The notes: generated from the letters alone by a model not told the origin. DNA of 64,000 nucleotides from an uncultured delta proteobacterium (GCA_963765675.1 CAVXXK010000005.1:4957-68956); one strand, 5' to 3'; shown: positions 45,652-59,251, counted from the stretch's first letter. Numbers and translations are program-made.

Positions 45652-45691
45652 CAACGCGCGCCAGTGCGAGGACGAAGCGGCGATCGACGGC

Positions 45692-46318
45692 TCAATTGCC
45701 CAGGTTGTACGCGCCGCCGCGTTCCAGCGCTTTCTTGTAGGCGGGGCGTTCGTGCAGGCGCTTGATCCATGCGTCGAGGTTTGGGTACGCAGCGCGCACT
45801 CCAAATGCACCTGCTACCTCGGCGACAAAACTCATCTGGATGTCCGCGCCGGTCAGGCTATCTCCAACCAGAAATTGGCGGCCGGCGAGCGACTTCTCGA
45901 TGTACCCGAGATGATTCGCGATCTCGCTGTCGATCCGCGGGCGCAGCGCGGCGCCGGACTCTCCCAGACGCGCGACGTAGAGATTTAGCATCAGCGGCAG
46001 CATCGCGGAGCCTTCCGAGTAGTGCAGCCATTGCTGGTACTCGTCGTAGGCGGGAGTGTTGGCGGGGGGCTGCAGGCGGCCGCCCCCATGATGGCGCAAA
46101 ATATAATCGACGATCGCGCCCGATTCGATAATCGTGCGTCCATCCTCGGTGATAACGGGAGATTTGCCAAGCGGATGAATCTCCTTCAAGGCCGGAGGCG
46201 CAAGGCGAGTCTGCGCGTCGCGTTCATACTTCTTGATCTGGTAGGCGAGTCCAAGTTCCTCGAGCAACCACAAAATCCGCTGCGACCGAGAGTCGTTAAG
46301 ATGATGGACAGTAATCAC
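45692..46318 (-). CDS. glutathione S-transferase
   Basis: MITVHHLNDSRSQRILWLLEELGLAY...HPLGKSPVI.EDG..IIESGAI.DY is the GST N-terminal thioredoxin fold, followed by a helical C-domain. Confidence 0.9.
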   Translation of the reverse strand: MITVHHLNDSRSQRILWLLEELGLAYQIKKYERDAQTRLAPPALKEIHPLGKSPVITEDGRTIIESGAIVDYILRHHGGGRLQPPANTPAYDEYQQWLHYSEGSAMLPLMLNLYVARLGESGAALRPRIDSEIANHLGYIEKSLAGRQFLVGDSLTGADIQMSFVAEVAGAFGVRAAYPNLDAWIKRLHERPAYKKALERGGAYNLGN

Positions 46319-46643
46319 GAAATTTTCTCCCTCAGCATAATCTGGCGTTAACAGATTCCTCTACGATCGCAGCCATAGCAACAAAGCCCCCCGGAATCTC
46401 GCGCTCAAGGCGTGGGCACCGGCCGGGTATCCAGGTTGGACGAGACACGCCGGTTGAGGATCGTTCGGGCTCGAACCGGCGATCGAATACTGCCCGTATT
46501 CTCGATTTCGGCAGAACCAGGTCTGCGCCTCCACAAAGACACGACCGCGGTCAGCACGGCGAGGAGGCCCACTGAAACCAAGAGAGGATTCGAGTGCAGC
46601 GCTCCAGTGCCGCCGGTTGTTCCTCGCTAACTATGCGAAACTA

Positions 46644-46674
46644 TTGACTTTATTTCCAAATTTATGCATAAAAT
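46644..46674 (+). promoter_or_regulatory. candidate sigma70-type promoter upstream of the GH30 gene
   Basis: TTGACT (46644-46649), then a 17-nt spacer to CATAAA or a 19-nt spacer to TAAAAT. It lies in a locally AT-rich tract ~215 nt upstream of the ATG at 46887. This is pattern match only. Confidence 0.25.
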
Positions 46675-46886
46675 GTGTAAATGTGTGTCTAGAATTTGAA
46701 AAGCGGTTCTATGGCACTAAGAACGGATTAAACTATGATTTTGAGTGTCAAGTCCACGCCGAACATCGCATTTGCATATCGTCTGACCCGATGCGAATCT
46801 GATCGGCATTCAAATTGGAAATTCCGATCTGGTTAGTGCTGGTTTACCCGGGGAAGAAGAAAGTGGGCAGGTACGGAGAAAAATCA

Positions 46887-48672
46887 ATGACCTCGGCCAT
46901 TGCGCCCCCCACCATGGTTCCCACGCCTTCGAATCGCAAGGCAGAGCGGGCTTATAGGATAGCGGGCGGGTACCCGATTCTCGTAGGCGCTCTGCTCCTA
47001 TTACTCTCCGGATTTGGCAGCAGCGCGTGTGCGCAAACCGTGGCGGTTATCAACTGGACGAATGCTCACCAGATTATCGACGGCTTTGGAGGAGCTGATA
47101 CATTGGTCGGCCCGTTCACGCCGGCGCAGCAAGCCTTCTTTTTTGGGACAGGGGCAGGGCAGCTTGGACTGTCTTTACTGAGAACCCAAGTTCCCAACAA
47201 TGGCGACGTTTCCGGAAATTGTTCGACGGTCAACGCAGGATGCGCCGGTCCGTACGTTAGTGATATGAAGGCGGTCATTGCGAACGGAGGAAGAGTCTAT
47301 TCGTCTCCCTGGACACCGCCCGCAATCTACAAAACAAACGGGCTCGCGACCTGTACCGGCGGTGGCGGCAATGGCGCTTTGGTAACTGACGACTATGCTG
47401 CGTATGCGACCTGGCTGGCTAATTATGTCCAGAGCTTAAAAACCGAAGACAACATTACTCTCTACGCGATATCCATCCAGAATGAGCCGAATATATGCAC
47501 TAACTACGATAGCTGTTACTGGACCGCGTCCGATATCGATACTTTCGTAGCGATCAATCTGGGTTCCACGTTTGCGTCGGCTGGGTTATCCACGCTGATT
47601 TTCGCGCCGGAGGGCAGCGGCTACAACGAGACGAGTTTTTTGAGTAGTACCTGTGCTGGCGATTCGTCCTGTACTCAGTACGTCGCCGGCATCAATTGGC
47701 ATGACTATGATGCCAATCTTAGCGGAACAAATACAATTGCCGCGGATCCCTACCCTTCCTACTGGCCTTCGGGCAAGAAATATTGGGAAACAGAAGCCTC
47801 TTGTTATACTGGAGGTGGACCGAGCTTCTGCCAAGCCGGGGTCCACAATGACATGGCAGATGCGCTCAATTGGGCGGCGGTGGTTGACCAGCGGATGGCC
47901 GTCGACGATGCGAATGCATGGCTTTATTGGTGGCTGATCAACATCGGCAGCGACGATGACGAAGGTTTAGTGACCAAAGACGGCAGCATTGCAAAGCGTG
48001 CCTACATGATGGGGCAGTACAGCAAATTTGTGCGGCCCGGATATTACCGTATAGATGCGACGCATCTTCCAGAACCTCAGGTCAGCGTCTCGGCGTACCA
48101 GAACACTGCCACTAGCACCCTGGCCATCATTGCGACCAACTACAGCGGTTCTGAAGTATCTCAGAAATTCACCATCACCAACGCTCCGGCATTTTCGAGC
48201 CTGACTCCGTGGATTACTTCCGCGAGTTTGAGTCTCGCCGAACAAGCTAGCGTACCGGTATCATCCAATTCGTTTACCTATACATTGCCTGCTGACAGCA
48301 TTACGACGTTTTCCACGATCGCACCCGACGACTACTGTCGATGCCAAGCTCGAGATTTCGCCCAAGGTCTTGAAATTCGGCAAATCGGTCAAGGTCAATT
48401 CGGTCAGCAAGCCGAAGAAGGTGACGATCAAGAACGCGAGCTCGAGGAAATCCGCGATTACCGTATCCATCTCCGGTGAGACCTCGGTCGCGCCATTTGC
48501 GGTCGCCAATCAATGCATTACGTCATTGGCGCCGGGACAGAGCTGTAAAGTTCTGGTGACCTTCAGTCCTACGAATACCGCGGCACAGAGCGGGGAGTTG
48601 ATCATCAATGACGACGAGCAGGGAGCGCCACAGCAGATCCCGCTGTCCGGTACCGGCAAGGCACCGAAATAA
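46887..48672 (+). pseudogene. glycoside hydrolase family 30 protein with C-terminal HYDIN/ASH-like Ig domain, frame interrupted near 48324-48328 (or assembly indel)
   Basis: It has a signal/TM segment (ILVGALLLLLSGFGSSACAQ) and the GH30 motifs IDGFGGA, YAISIQNEPN (acid/base Glu) and YWETEAS (nucleophile Glu). After ...SITTFSTIAP the frame of ORF 48370..48672 continues TTTVDAKLEISPKVLKFGKSVKV...LAPGQSCKVLVTFSPT...LSGTG. Confidence 0.8.
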
Positions 48673-48703
48673 CGGATGTCGCGAAAATGTGAGGCGTGAA
48701 TCT

Positions 48704-49561
48704 CTAGCCGAGCTTCATCGCCTCAAAACCTCCGATCATGTCCAGTATCTCGGTAGTGACGGCCTCCTGACGCATCCGGTTCATGGTGCGACTAAGTTCC
48801 GTCGCTTTGTTGGAGATATTTTCGTGCGCCGCCTCCATTGTGCGGAATCGTGCGGCGTTCTCGCTTGCGAATGATTCCATCGCGGCTGACTCGAGGATTG
48901 CGAACATGTATTCCTCCGCCAGCTCGTCGAGGAGCCGGCGCGGCTTCATGTTCACGATAGGAGGCAGCCCGTTTTGATTTTTTTCGACGGATGGCGTTTC
49001 TAACGGCAGAAGTTTCAATCTGACAAGCTCGGCGTGCTGACCAGCTGCTTCGCGAGTGAAGATCGCTTCGACGCTCGTAAGCGTTCCAGCGATGAACATC
49101 CGGTATAGCTCGGCCGCCACCCGGCGGGCCGTCGCGGTGACGCCCCCGCTATAAGTGGCCATAGGAAGTATCAGCGCGGGTACGAGTCCGCACTCGGAGG
49201 CACGCTGCGCTCCGCGGGTCCCGACGAAGATCAACCGGAGATTCGGCTCGGTCCGGGACGCGTTTATGGCGGCACGGATGACGGACTCGTTGAAGGCGCC
49301 GCAAAATCCATGCTCCGAGCAGAAAACGACGAGGCCGGGCTTCAGCACACTGCTGATGACCGAGGCAACATCTTTGTCTGGGACCAAAATCGCTGCCTCG
49401 CCAACTGCACTGCGGATTATGATGGAGTAATCGCGAATCGCATCGAGCGAGCGCTGGCTCTGCTGCATCTGCACCGCGGCCATCGCACGGAGTGCCGCGA
49501 CTATCTCAAGCAACTCCTTGAGCGAGGCGATTTGCGTGGCGATGTCCTGTGCTCGTGCCAT
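48704..49561 (-). CDS. atpG: N-type F1 ATPase gamma subunit
   Basis: 285 aa with N- and C-terminal coiled-coil helices (IASLKELLEIVAALRAMAAVQMQQ ... ELSRTMNRMRQEAVTTEILD). It is the last gene of the atpDCQRBEFAG array. Confidence 0.85.
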   Translation of the reverse strand: MARAQDIATQIASLKELLEIVAALRAMAAVQMQQSQRSLDAIRDYSIIIRSAVGEAAILVPDKDVASVISSVLKPGLVVFCSEHGFCGAFNESVIRAAINASRTEPNLRLIFVGTRGAQRASECGLVPALILPMATYSGGVTATARRVAAELYRMFIAGTLTSVEAIFTREAAGQHAELVRLKLLPLETPSVEKNQNGLPPIVNMKPRRLLDELAEEYMFAILESAAMESFASENAARFRTMEAAHENISNKATELSRTMNRMRQEAVTTEILDMIGGFEAMKLG

Positions 49562-49568
49562 CGTAGTG

Positions 49569-51128
49569 TCATTTTGTGGGAGCCTGCGTGATAGCGGAGC
49601 CGCCCAGATGCGCGATCAATTCCGCCATCAGACATCGCAGAGCCACATGTGTATCGTCGTCGAGTTCACCGGTCGATTTAATCCGTTCAATCAGCGCAGC
49701 ATTTGTTTCGCCAAGCTTTTGCGCAAGCGAGTTGCGGAGTTCGGTCACCTTATTCAAGGGCAACGGATCGAGCATCGCCTCGTTGAGGGCCAGAAGCAGC
49801 GCAACTTGATGAGGCATCGCCAACCCCGAGAATTGCGGCTGTGTCAGGACGGCGCGGATCCGGCGGCCGTGTTCAATGATGCGGCGCGTACGCTCGTCAA
49901 CCATACCGCCGAAGCGCGTGAAAATCTCCAGTTCGAGAAACTGCGTATACTCAAGGCGCAGGTTCTCCGCCAGCTTGCGCAAGGCCGGGGCCTGGGTTTT
50001 GCCGCCCACGCGCGACACGCTTTTTCCGACATTGATGGCAGGCTTCTGGCCCTCCTGAAAAAGCCGGGGCTCGAGAACGATCTGCCCGTCGGTAATCGAA
50101 ATCAGATTGGTCGGAATGTACGCCGAGATGTTGCCCTCTTCGATCGCGGCAATCGGGAGCGCCGTGAGCGAACCGCCACCGCGCTCGTGGCTCAACTTCG
50201 CCGCGCGTTCGAGCAGGCGGGAATGGATATAGAAGATGTCTCCCGGGTAAGCTTCCCGTCCGGGCGGATTCCGTAACAGCAGCGAGAGCTGCCGATAAAT
50301 GACGGCGTGGCTGGTGAGATCGTCGATAACGAGCAGCGCATCGCCGCCGCGTTCGCTGAAATACTCCGCCATCGTGCAGGCAGCATACGGCGCGAGCCAT
50401 TGCAGCCCCGGAGGATCATCCGATGCGGCGATCACGAAGATGCATCGCTCAGGCGCACCGTAACCTTTGACCGCTTCGATTACCTGAGTGACGGAAGAGA
50501 TCTTCTGCCCGACCGCGCAGTATACGCATATAACGCCCGAGTCGCGCTGATTGACGATCGTATCGAGGGCGATCGCGGTCTTGCCGGTCTCGCGGTCGCC
50601 GATGATCAGCTCGCGCTGGCCCCGTCCAAGCGCGAGCATGGAATCGATCACCACCAGCCCGGTCTGGAGCGCCTGGCTCACGAGGTCGCGCTCGATGATG
50701 CCCGGGGCGGCCCTTTCGACCGGTTCGAAATTTTTGAGCTTTAGTTCCGCGCCGCCGTCAAGCGGAATACCGAGTGGATTAACCACGCGCCCCAGCAGCA
50801 TCTCTCCAACCGGCACTCTGGCGACCGCTCGAGTTCCGCGAACGCGATTGCCCGCCGCGATTCCTTCCGCCGGGCCGAGCATGGCACAACCGATTAGATC
50901 GCGATCCAGCGCGAGCGCCATCCCCGTTACAGGTTGGCCGCCGTCTTTTCGTTCGAACAGCAGCAACTCATTGAGTCGCGTCGTTGGCAGGCCGGATACC
51001 GTCGCAACCTCGTCGCCGATGCTCTCGACGCACCCGAGCAGATCGACCGTTGGCGCGGGAATGAGATTCTCAACGCGCCGCGCGGCTTCATCCAACCGTT
51101 GCCTCACATTCTCAGACAGCGTGCTCAT
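49569..51128 (-). CDS. atpA: N-type F1 ATPase alpha subunit
   Basis: GDRETGKTAIALDTI (P-loop), LLVIDDLTSHA, PGREAYPGDIFYIHSRLLERA. Confidence 0.95.
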   Translation of the reverse strand: MSTLSENVRQRLDEAARRVENLIPAPTVDLLGCVESIGDEVATVSGLPTTRLNELLLFERKDGGQPVTGMALALDRDLIGCAMLGPAEGIAAGNRVRGTRAVARVPVGEMLLGRVVNPLGIPLDGGAELKLKNFEPVERAAPGIIERDLVSQALQTGLVVIDSMLALGRGQRELIIGDRETGKTAIALDTIVNQRDSGVICVYCAVGQKISSVTQVIEAVKGYGAPERCIFVIAASDDPPGLQWLAPYAACTMAEYFSERGGDALLVIDDLTSHAVIYRQLSLLLRNPPGREAYPGDIFYIHSRLLERAAKLSHERGGGSLTALPIAAIEEGNISAYIPTNLISITDGQIVLEPRLFQEGQKPAINVGKSVSRVGGKTQAPALRKLAENLRLEYTQFLELEIFTRFGGMVDERTRRIIEHGRRIRAVLTQPQFSGLAMPHQVALLLALNEAMLDPLPLNKVTELRNSLAQKLGETNAALIERIKSTGELDDDTHVALRCLMAELIAHLGGSAITQAPTK

Positions 51129-51867
51129 TACGAATCAATTCCCGTTGCGCGTCGGCTAAAGCGTCGCGCCAACTGAAATGCAGAACCGCATGAGGAAACT
51201 TCAGCTCCGCGCCGGCAATCAGATCCTTGTCAGTGGCAAACGTGATTTGCGAATGCCCGAGTCGTTCACTCAGTGCCGCGCGCCATTTGGACTCACCCGC
51301 TGGGCTCAGCGGATATGCGGTCGTCACGATCAGTTGCGCGCCGTCGCGTCCGAACTCGCTGGCAAACGCTGCGCGGTCAGCCGCCGCCAGATGGTCCAGA
51401 TGATCAAGCACGCGTTCCAGGAATAGTTCGTCGAGACCCGGCGCAAAGAACTGCTGCAAGAGTCGTTGCGCGAGTCCGACGGCAATTTGTATCGAGCGTT
51501 CGAACAGTTCACGCGACGCGGTGTCCCGTTCTTCCTCCACCCGCTTGGAGGCGGCAGCTTTCAGCTTCTCGATGTCGGTGCGCGCCGCTTCGATCAAATT
51601 CGCACGTTCGGCGGCAAGCTGAGTACGTGCTTGATCGATAATGGCTTGCCGTTCGGACGCGATTTGAGCCTGGCGCGACTCGAAATCCTTACGCGCCGCT
51701 TCGGCGCTTTGGCGAGCGGTTTCCGCCTCGGACTGAACCCGAGCGATTTCCGTTTTGCGCTCGGCAACGATCGCGCCCACCGGCTTGAATAGGAAGCGCT
51801 TGAGCAGCCAGACCAGGACGAGAAAGTTAATCGCCTGCAGCGCAAATGTTGTCCAACTGAAAGACAT
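51112..51867 (-). CDS. atpF: N-type ATPase subunit b (long form; no separate delta gene present)
   Basis: It has an N-terminal TM helix (TFALQAINFLVLVWLLKRFLF), a long Ala/Glu/Arg-rich coiled coil and an extra C-terminal domain; 251 aa. Confidence 0.8.
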   Translation of the reverse strand: MSFSWTTFALQAINFLVLVWLLKRFLFKPVGAIVAERKTEIARVQSEAETARQSAEAARKDFESRQAQIASERQAIIDQARTQLAAERANLIEAARTDIEKLKAAASKRVEEERDTASRELFERSIQIAVGLAQRLLQQFFAPGLDELFLERVLDHLDHLAAADRAAFASEFGRDGAQLIVTTAYPLSPAGESKWRAALSERLGHSQITFATDKDLIAGAELKFPHAVLHFSWRDALADAQRELIRNEHAV

Positions 51868-52112
51868 CAGCGGACGGCGAAAGGATTGGCGAACAGCAGC
51901 AGCAATGCCACGACCAGGCAGTAAATGGCCATCGTCTCGATCATGGCCAGGCCTACGAAGAGCGTGCGCGACAACGCACCCGCCGATTCCGGCTGCCGTG
52001 CGATACCCTCCATCGCCGCCGCAATCGCGCGCCCTTCGGCGAGGGCCGGACTGATCGAGCCGACCGCGACAGCCACCACGGCGCCAATTATGCTGATCAC
52101 CTGCACGGTCAT
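51867..52112 (-). CDS. atpE: N-type ATPase c subunit (81 aa)
   Basis: A helical hairpin with the loop ARQPE and the second-helix motif [14 protein letters not shown]. The start is ATG 52112 after GGAGG. The track ORF to 52208 was trimmed. Confidence 0.9.
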   Translation of the reverse strand: MTVQVISIIGAVVAVAVGSISPALAEGRAIAAAMEGIARQPESAGALSRTLFVGLAMIETMAIYCLVVALLLLFANPFAVR

Positions 52113-52128
52113 AACTGATCCTCCATTA

Positions 52129-52797
52129 CTACTTCTCGATTGAACCGACTGCGCCACCGATATAGACCGCCGCCAGCACCGTGAATATGTAGGCCTGCAC
52201 GAGGCCAACCAGGATTTCGAACGCCATGAACGGAATTGGCACCAGCAATCCAGCCAGCGCCACTACTATCGCGATGACGAGTTCGTCACTCATGATATTG
52301 CCGAACAGCCTCATCATCAGCGAGAACGAACGGGTGAATTCCGAGAGTATGTTGAGTGGCAGCAACAGCGGATTGGGCTTCAGATAGCCCTTGAGATAAC
52401 CTCCGAGCCCATTCTGCTTCACGCCGAAAACATGCACGGAGAAAAAGACGATTACGGCCAATGCCGCCGGGGTTTCGATCACAGCGGTAGGTGCGCGAAC
52501 TCCGGGCAGGACGCCCGAGAGATTAGCTACGACAAGAAACACGAATAGCGAGCCGAGCAGCGGCACAAACGGCGCTGGGTCGCGATTGACTATTCCTCGA
52601 ACCTGCTCCTCGATGGCGCCCACGAGCGTCTCAATCATCGCCTGCACGCTATTGGGTACCGCGCTCAATCGGCGCGTCGCGAGACGGCACGCGATAGCCA
52701 ATACCGCTATCAGCACCCAGGTCGTGACGACAGGACCCGTAATCGGAACCGGGCCGATGCGAAACACGACCATCGCTTCGAGGGGAGAACCGATCAC
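52129..52797 (-). CDS. atpB: N-type ATPase a subunit
   Basis: A polytopic protein with the essential-Arg helix [14 protein letters not shown]. Confidence 0.9.
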   Translation of the reverse strand: MIGSPLEAMVVFRIGPVPITGPVVTTWVLIAVLAIACRLATRRLSAVPNSVQAMIETLVGAIEEQVRGIVNRDPAPFVPLLGSLFVFLVVANLSGVLPGVRAPTAVIETPAALAVIVFFSVHVFGVKQNGLGGYLKGYLKPNPLLLPLNILSEFTRSFSLMMRLFGNIMSDELVIAIVVALAGLLVPIPFMAFEILVGLVQAYIFTVLAAVYIGGAVGSIEK

Positions 52798-53078
52798 GAC
52801 ACCCCCTCTAACACCGCAGTTTTCGTAATGATGGCGAAAATCCTCACCAACTGAAATCCGGCCAAGGCTGAAAACAATGGCGCGGCGCCTAATTCGGCAA
52901 ATCCAAGGAAAACTACTGCGATGACGACGAATCGCGTCAGGTGAATGAACGACGCAAGCCGGGTTGCGGCGTTCCTGCTATAGAGGCGAACGTTCCATTC
53001 GAGCGCGCCGAAGAATGCCGCCCCGAATGCCGCTCCCAGGATGAGACAACCCAATAGTTTCAGATCAAGGATATTCAC
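52794..53078 (-). CDS. atpR: N-ATPase accessory membrane protein AtpR
   Basis: ~94 aa with hydrophobic helices (LLGCLILGAAFGAAFFGAL; FVVIAVVFLGFAELGAAPLF). The GTG start at 53078 overlaps the TGA of atpQ (GTGA). Its position between atpQ and atpB is diagnostic of N-ATPase operons. Confidence 0.6.
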   Translation of the reverse strand: MNILDLKLLGCLILGAAFGAAFFGALEWNVRLYSRNAATRLASFIHLTRFVVIAVVFLGFAELGAAPLFSALAGFQLVRIFAIITKTAVLEGVS

Positions 53079-53383
53079 GCGTCCGCCTGCATCCTTTTCC
53101 AGACCATGTAAAAGCCCACCGCCGCACCGAGGAAGACAAGAGTTGCGCTCCAGAAAACTCCGGAGTGAAAGGTCCGGTCCAGCCATCGGCCAATGAAAGC
53201 GCCCAGTAACGTTGGACCAACTATGGTCCATCCGAACCTACCCATCATCCCGAGGGCACGTCCGAGCGGCAGTTCGCCGGTTCGTTTCCAGTATTCGTGT
53301 CTGGCACTGATTTGATCGACAACGTTCACCAGCTTGCGTTCCTCCGGGTCGGAAGGTCCGCCACTTTTGCCATCCGGCGTCAC
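53075..53383 (-). CDS. atpQ: N-ATPase accessory protein AtpQ (AtpZ/AtpI-like)
   Basis: 102 aa with two TM helices (FGWTIVGPTLLGAFIGRWLD; ATLVFLGAAVGFYMVW), following atpC. Confidence 0.65.
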   Translation of the reverse strand: MTPDGKSGGPSDPEERKLVNVVDQISARHEYWKRTGELPLGRALGMMGRFGWTIVGPTLLGAFIGRWLDRTFHSGVFWSATLVFLGAAVGFYMVWKRMQADA

Positions 53384-53808
53384 GGTTTGCGCACCAGCGG
53401 ATCCCGTCGCTGCTCGCCGGGACGCAGATAGCGATAAAGCTTCTGAATCGCGGCGCGCTGCAGGCCCAAAGCTCCGAACCGCGCGGCCTGTTCCGTTTCC
53501 GCGTTTTTCTTCATGTGCGCTAGAACGACCTCGCGAAGATCTTTGAGGTTCTCGCCGAGAACGGCCTCGCGCGTCGCAACCTCCACGGAATTGCCGTTAC
53601 GCGCACGAAAAACGCCGCCACGAACCGCTGCCCAACGTTCCAGGCCGGTCGCGTCACGCCAGGTCAGCACGCTGATCGCGAGTGCGGTCAGGAAATCCGC
53701 GTGTTCCTGCTGTATCCCGAACGCTCCGGTCGAATCCTCGGCGCGCACGTAGCTGACATTGTCAGCGTCCACTACGATCGCGGTGGGTGTGGTGATGACT
53801 AGTTTCAT
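53380..53808 (-). CDS. atpC: N-type F1 ATPase epsilon subunit
   Basis: MKLVITTPTAIVVDADNVSYVRAEDSTGAFGIQQEHADFLTAL... is an epsilon beta-sandwich followed by helices. The start is trimmed to ATG 53808. Confidence 0.8.
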   Translation of the reverse strand: MKLVITTPTAIVVDADNVSYVRAEDSTGAFGIQQEHADFLTALAISVLTWRDATGLERWAAVRGGVFRARNGNSVEVATREAVLGENLKDLREVVLAHMKKNAETEQAARFGALGLQRAAIQKLYRYLRPGEQRRDPLVRKP

Positions 53809-53818
53809 CGGGACTTTT

Positions 53819-57807
<3,989 letters not shown>

Positions 57808-58180
57808 GTATCATCAGTCTCCACGATCGATATTCAAAACCATGAATTGAATACATTTTGATATTCCTGGCCAGCAATCCGTATGCCGCCATCCTTGCAA
57901 CGATTTGCATATCGCATAGCCCGATTTCTCACCATCACGCGCCGGTCAAGATAAATCGGCGCTCTTGCCGAGAATGTATCCGAACGCGCCATAACGCGGA
58001 TTGACTGATTCCAATCGAGACGCTTGGATCGGCGGTAGTCCGGGAATCTAAGCATCCGGGGATCAGGACTGGCGTGGCAACCTAATTGCTCGTTGTTGAA
58101 ACGATTTACGATGATTCGAATCGCAGGACTCAATCGCCGGGAGAACCAAGGCATGACGAAGCAGAATTTCAACTCGCCTG

Positions 58181-58618
58181 GTGCGCGGTCGCGACTTGGT
58201 AGCCGCGATCCGCATATGCGCGCCTGGCGCTATCGGCATAGCTGCGATGCTCACATTGGCGACCGGTACGGTGAGCGCCACTGAGCCTCCCGGGAAAGCC
58301 GATTATCAGCGTTACTGTGCCGATTGCCACGGCCAAGACGCGAAAGGAAATGGACAGCTCAAGACAATGGTTCCGATGACGCCGCCGCCGAGCGACCTGA
58401 CCTTGCTCGCGAGCGAGCACGGCGGAAAGTTTCCATTCGATGAAGTGGTAAATGCGATCGATGGGCGAAAGGCGATTCCTTCACACGCACGTATCCAGAT
58501 GCCTTTCTGGGGCGTAACCCTTCAAAAACCCGGCGAGGAATTCACACCTCCGAGCGATGCCGAAGTAAAACGCAGGATCGATGCGATGGCAACATACATA
58601 GAAAGCCTCCAACGATGA
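58181..58618 (+). CDS. c-type cytochrome (class I, monohaem)
   Basis: It has a signal peptide ending VSA, the haem motif CADCH and the distal Met context IQMPFWG. The start is the GTG at 58181. Confidence 0.8.
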   Translation: MRGRDLVAAIRICAPGAIGIAAMLTLATGTVSATEPPGKADYQRYCADCHGQDAKGNGQLKTMVPMTPPPSDLTLLASEHGGKFPFDEVVNAIDGRKAIPSHARIQMPFWGVTLQKPGEEFTPPSDAEVKRRIDAMATYIESLQR

Positions 58619-58706
58619 GTATTGCGTCGCGAAGGCGGCAAGATTGGCATCCGTCAAGTTTCCGGGGCTTTTTCTTTGCAATAGTTCATCGAGTGCCAGA
58701 CTTCCT

Positions 58707-59186
58707 TTATTTCGCAGCCGTAGATCGCGCGCCGATTCGACCTCGAGACACCGCCAAAAAAACCTCGGCGACCTGATCGCGTAGCTGCCAATTAACTCCG
58801 CCACGAAGCGGCCGTCCCGCCTCATACGCCAGATCGTCCAGCGAGAGGACTCCAACGAGTTTGCCGTCCGGCCCAATCACCGGCAGGCGGCGAACATGCT
58901 TCTGGCCCATCAGCCGCATCGCGTAGTCGAGTTCATCGCTGACCTGGCAGCAAACAACTTCGCGAGCCATCGCGGCTTCGACCGTGATTGCGTGTATGGG
59001 CTTGCCTTGAGTGTAGGCGGCCATGCAGATGTCTCGATCGGTTAAGAATCCGATAGGTTTGGAATGCGGATCCACCACCGGAACCGCGCCACAAACATTC
59101 TCCCACATAAGTTGAGCTGCTTTGTTAAGTGAGTCTTGGGGGCTACAGGCTTTCACCGCGCGATTCATCATTTGTTCAACTTTCAT
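58707..59186 (-). CDS. CBS domain pair protein
   Basis: Two CBS repeats are present (VPVVD...IGFLTDRDI; RRLPVIGPDGKLVGVLSLDDL). The ATG at 59186 follows GCGGAGGA. Confidence 0.85.
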   Translation of the reverse strand: MKVEQMMNRAVKACSPQDSLNKAAQLMWENVCGAVPVVDPHSKPIGFLTDRDICMAAYTQGKPIHAITVEAAMAREVVCCQVSDELDYAMRLMGQKHVRRLPVIGPDGKLVGVLSLDDLAYEAGRPLRGGVNWQLRDQVAEVFLAVSRGRIGARSTAAK

Positions 59187-59251
59187 TGTGTCCTCCGCAC
59201 GCAAATCCTGCTCCGATATCTCGAACGAGGATCGATCTCGCAGATCGATCT

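Noticed and set aside
46319-46886. Possible gene fragment or small ORFs (46412-46630, 46617-46802) upstream of GH30. The minus strand encodes a hydrophobic stretch followed by RRR, reminiscent of a sorting-signal tail.
   Set aside because: There is no open frame of useful length and no upstream domain. I treat it as intergenic or promoter DNA, and only a weak promoter-like match is reported.
49518-51159. Plus-strand ORFs of 252, 145 and 202 aa.
   Set aside because: They are antisense to atpG and atpA.
57834-58172. 112-aa minus-strand ORF between glgP and the cytochrome c gene.
   Set aside because: It has no RBS, no motif and atypical composition. It occupies what is more likely the divergent promoter region. 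It remains unresolved rather than disproved.
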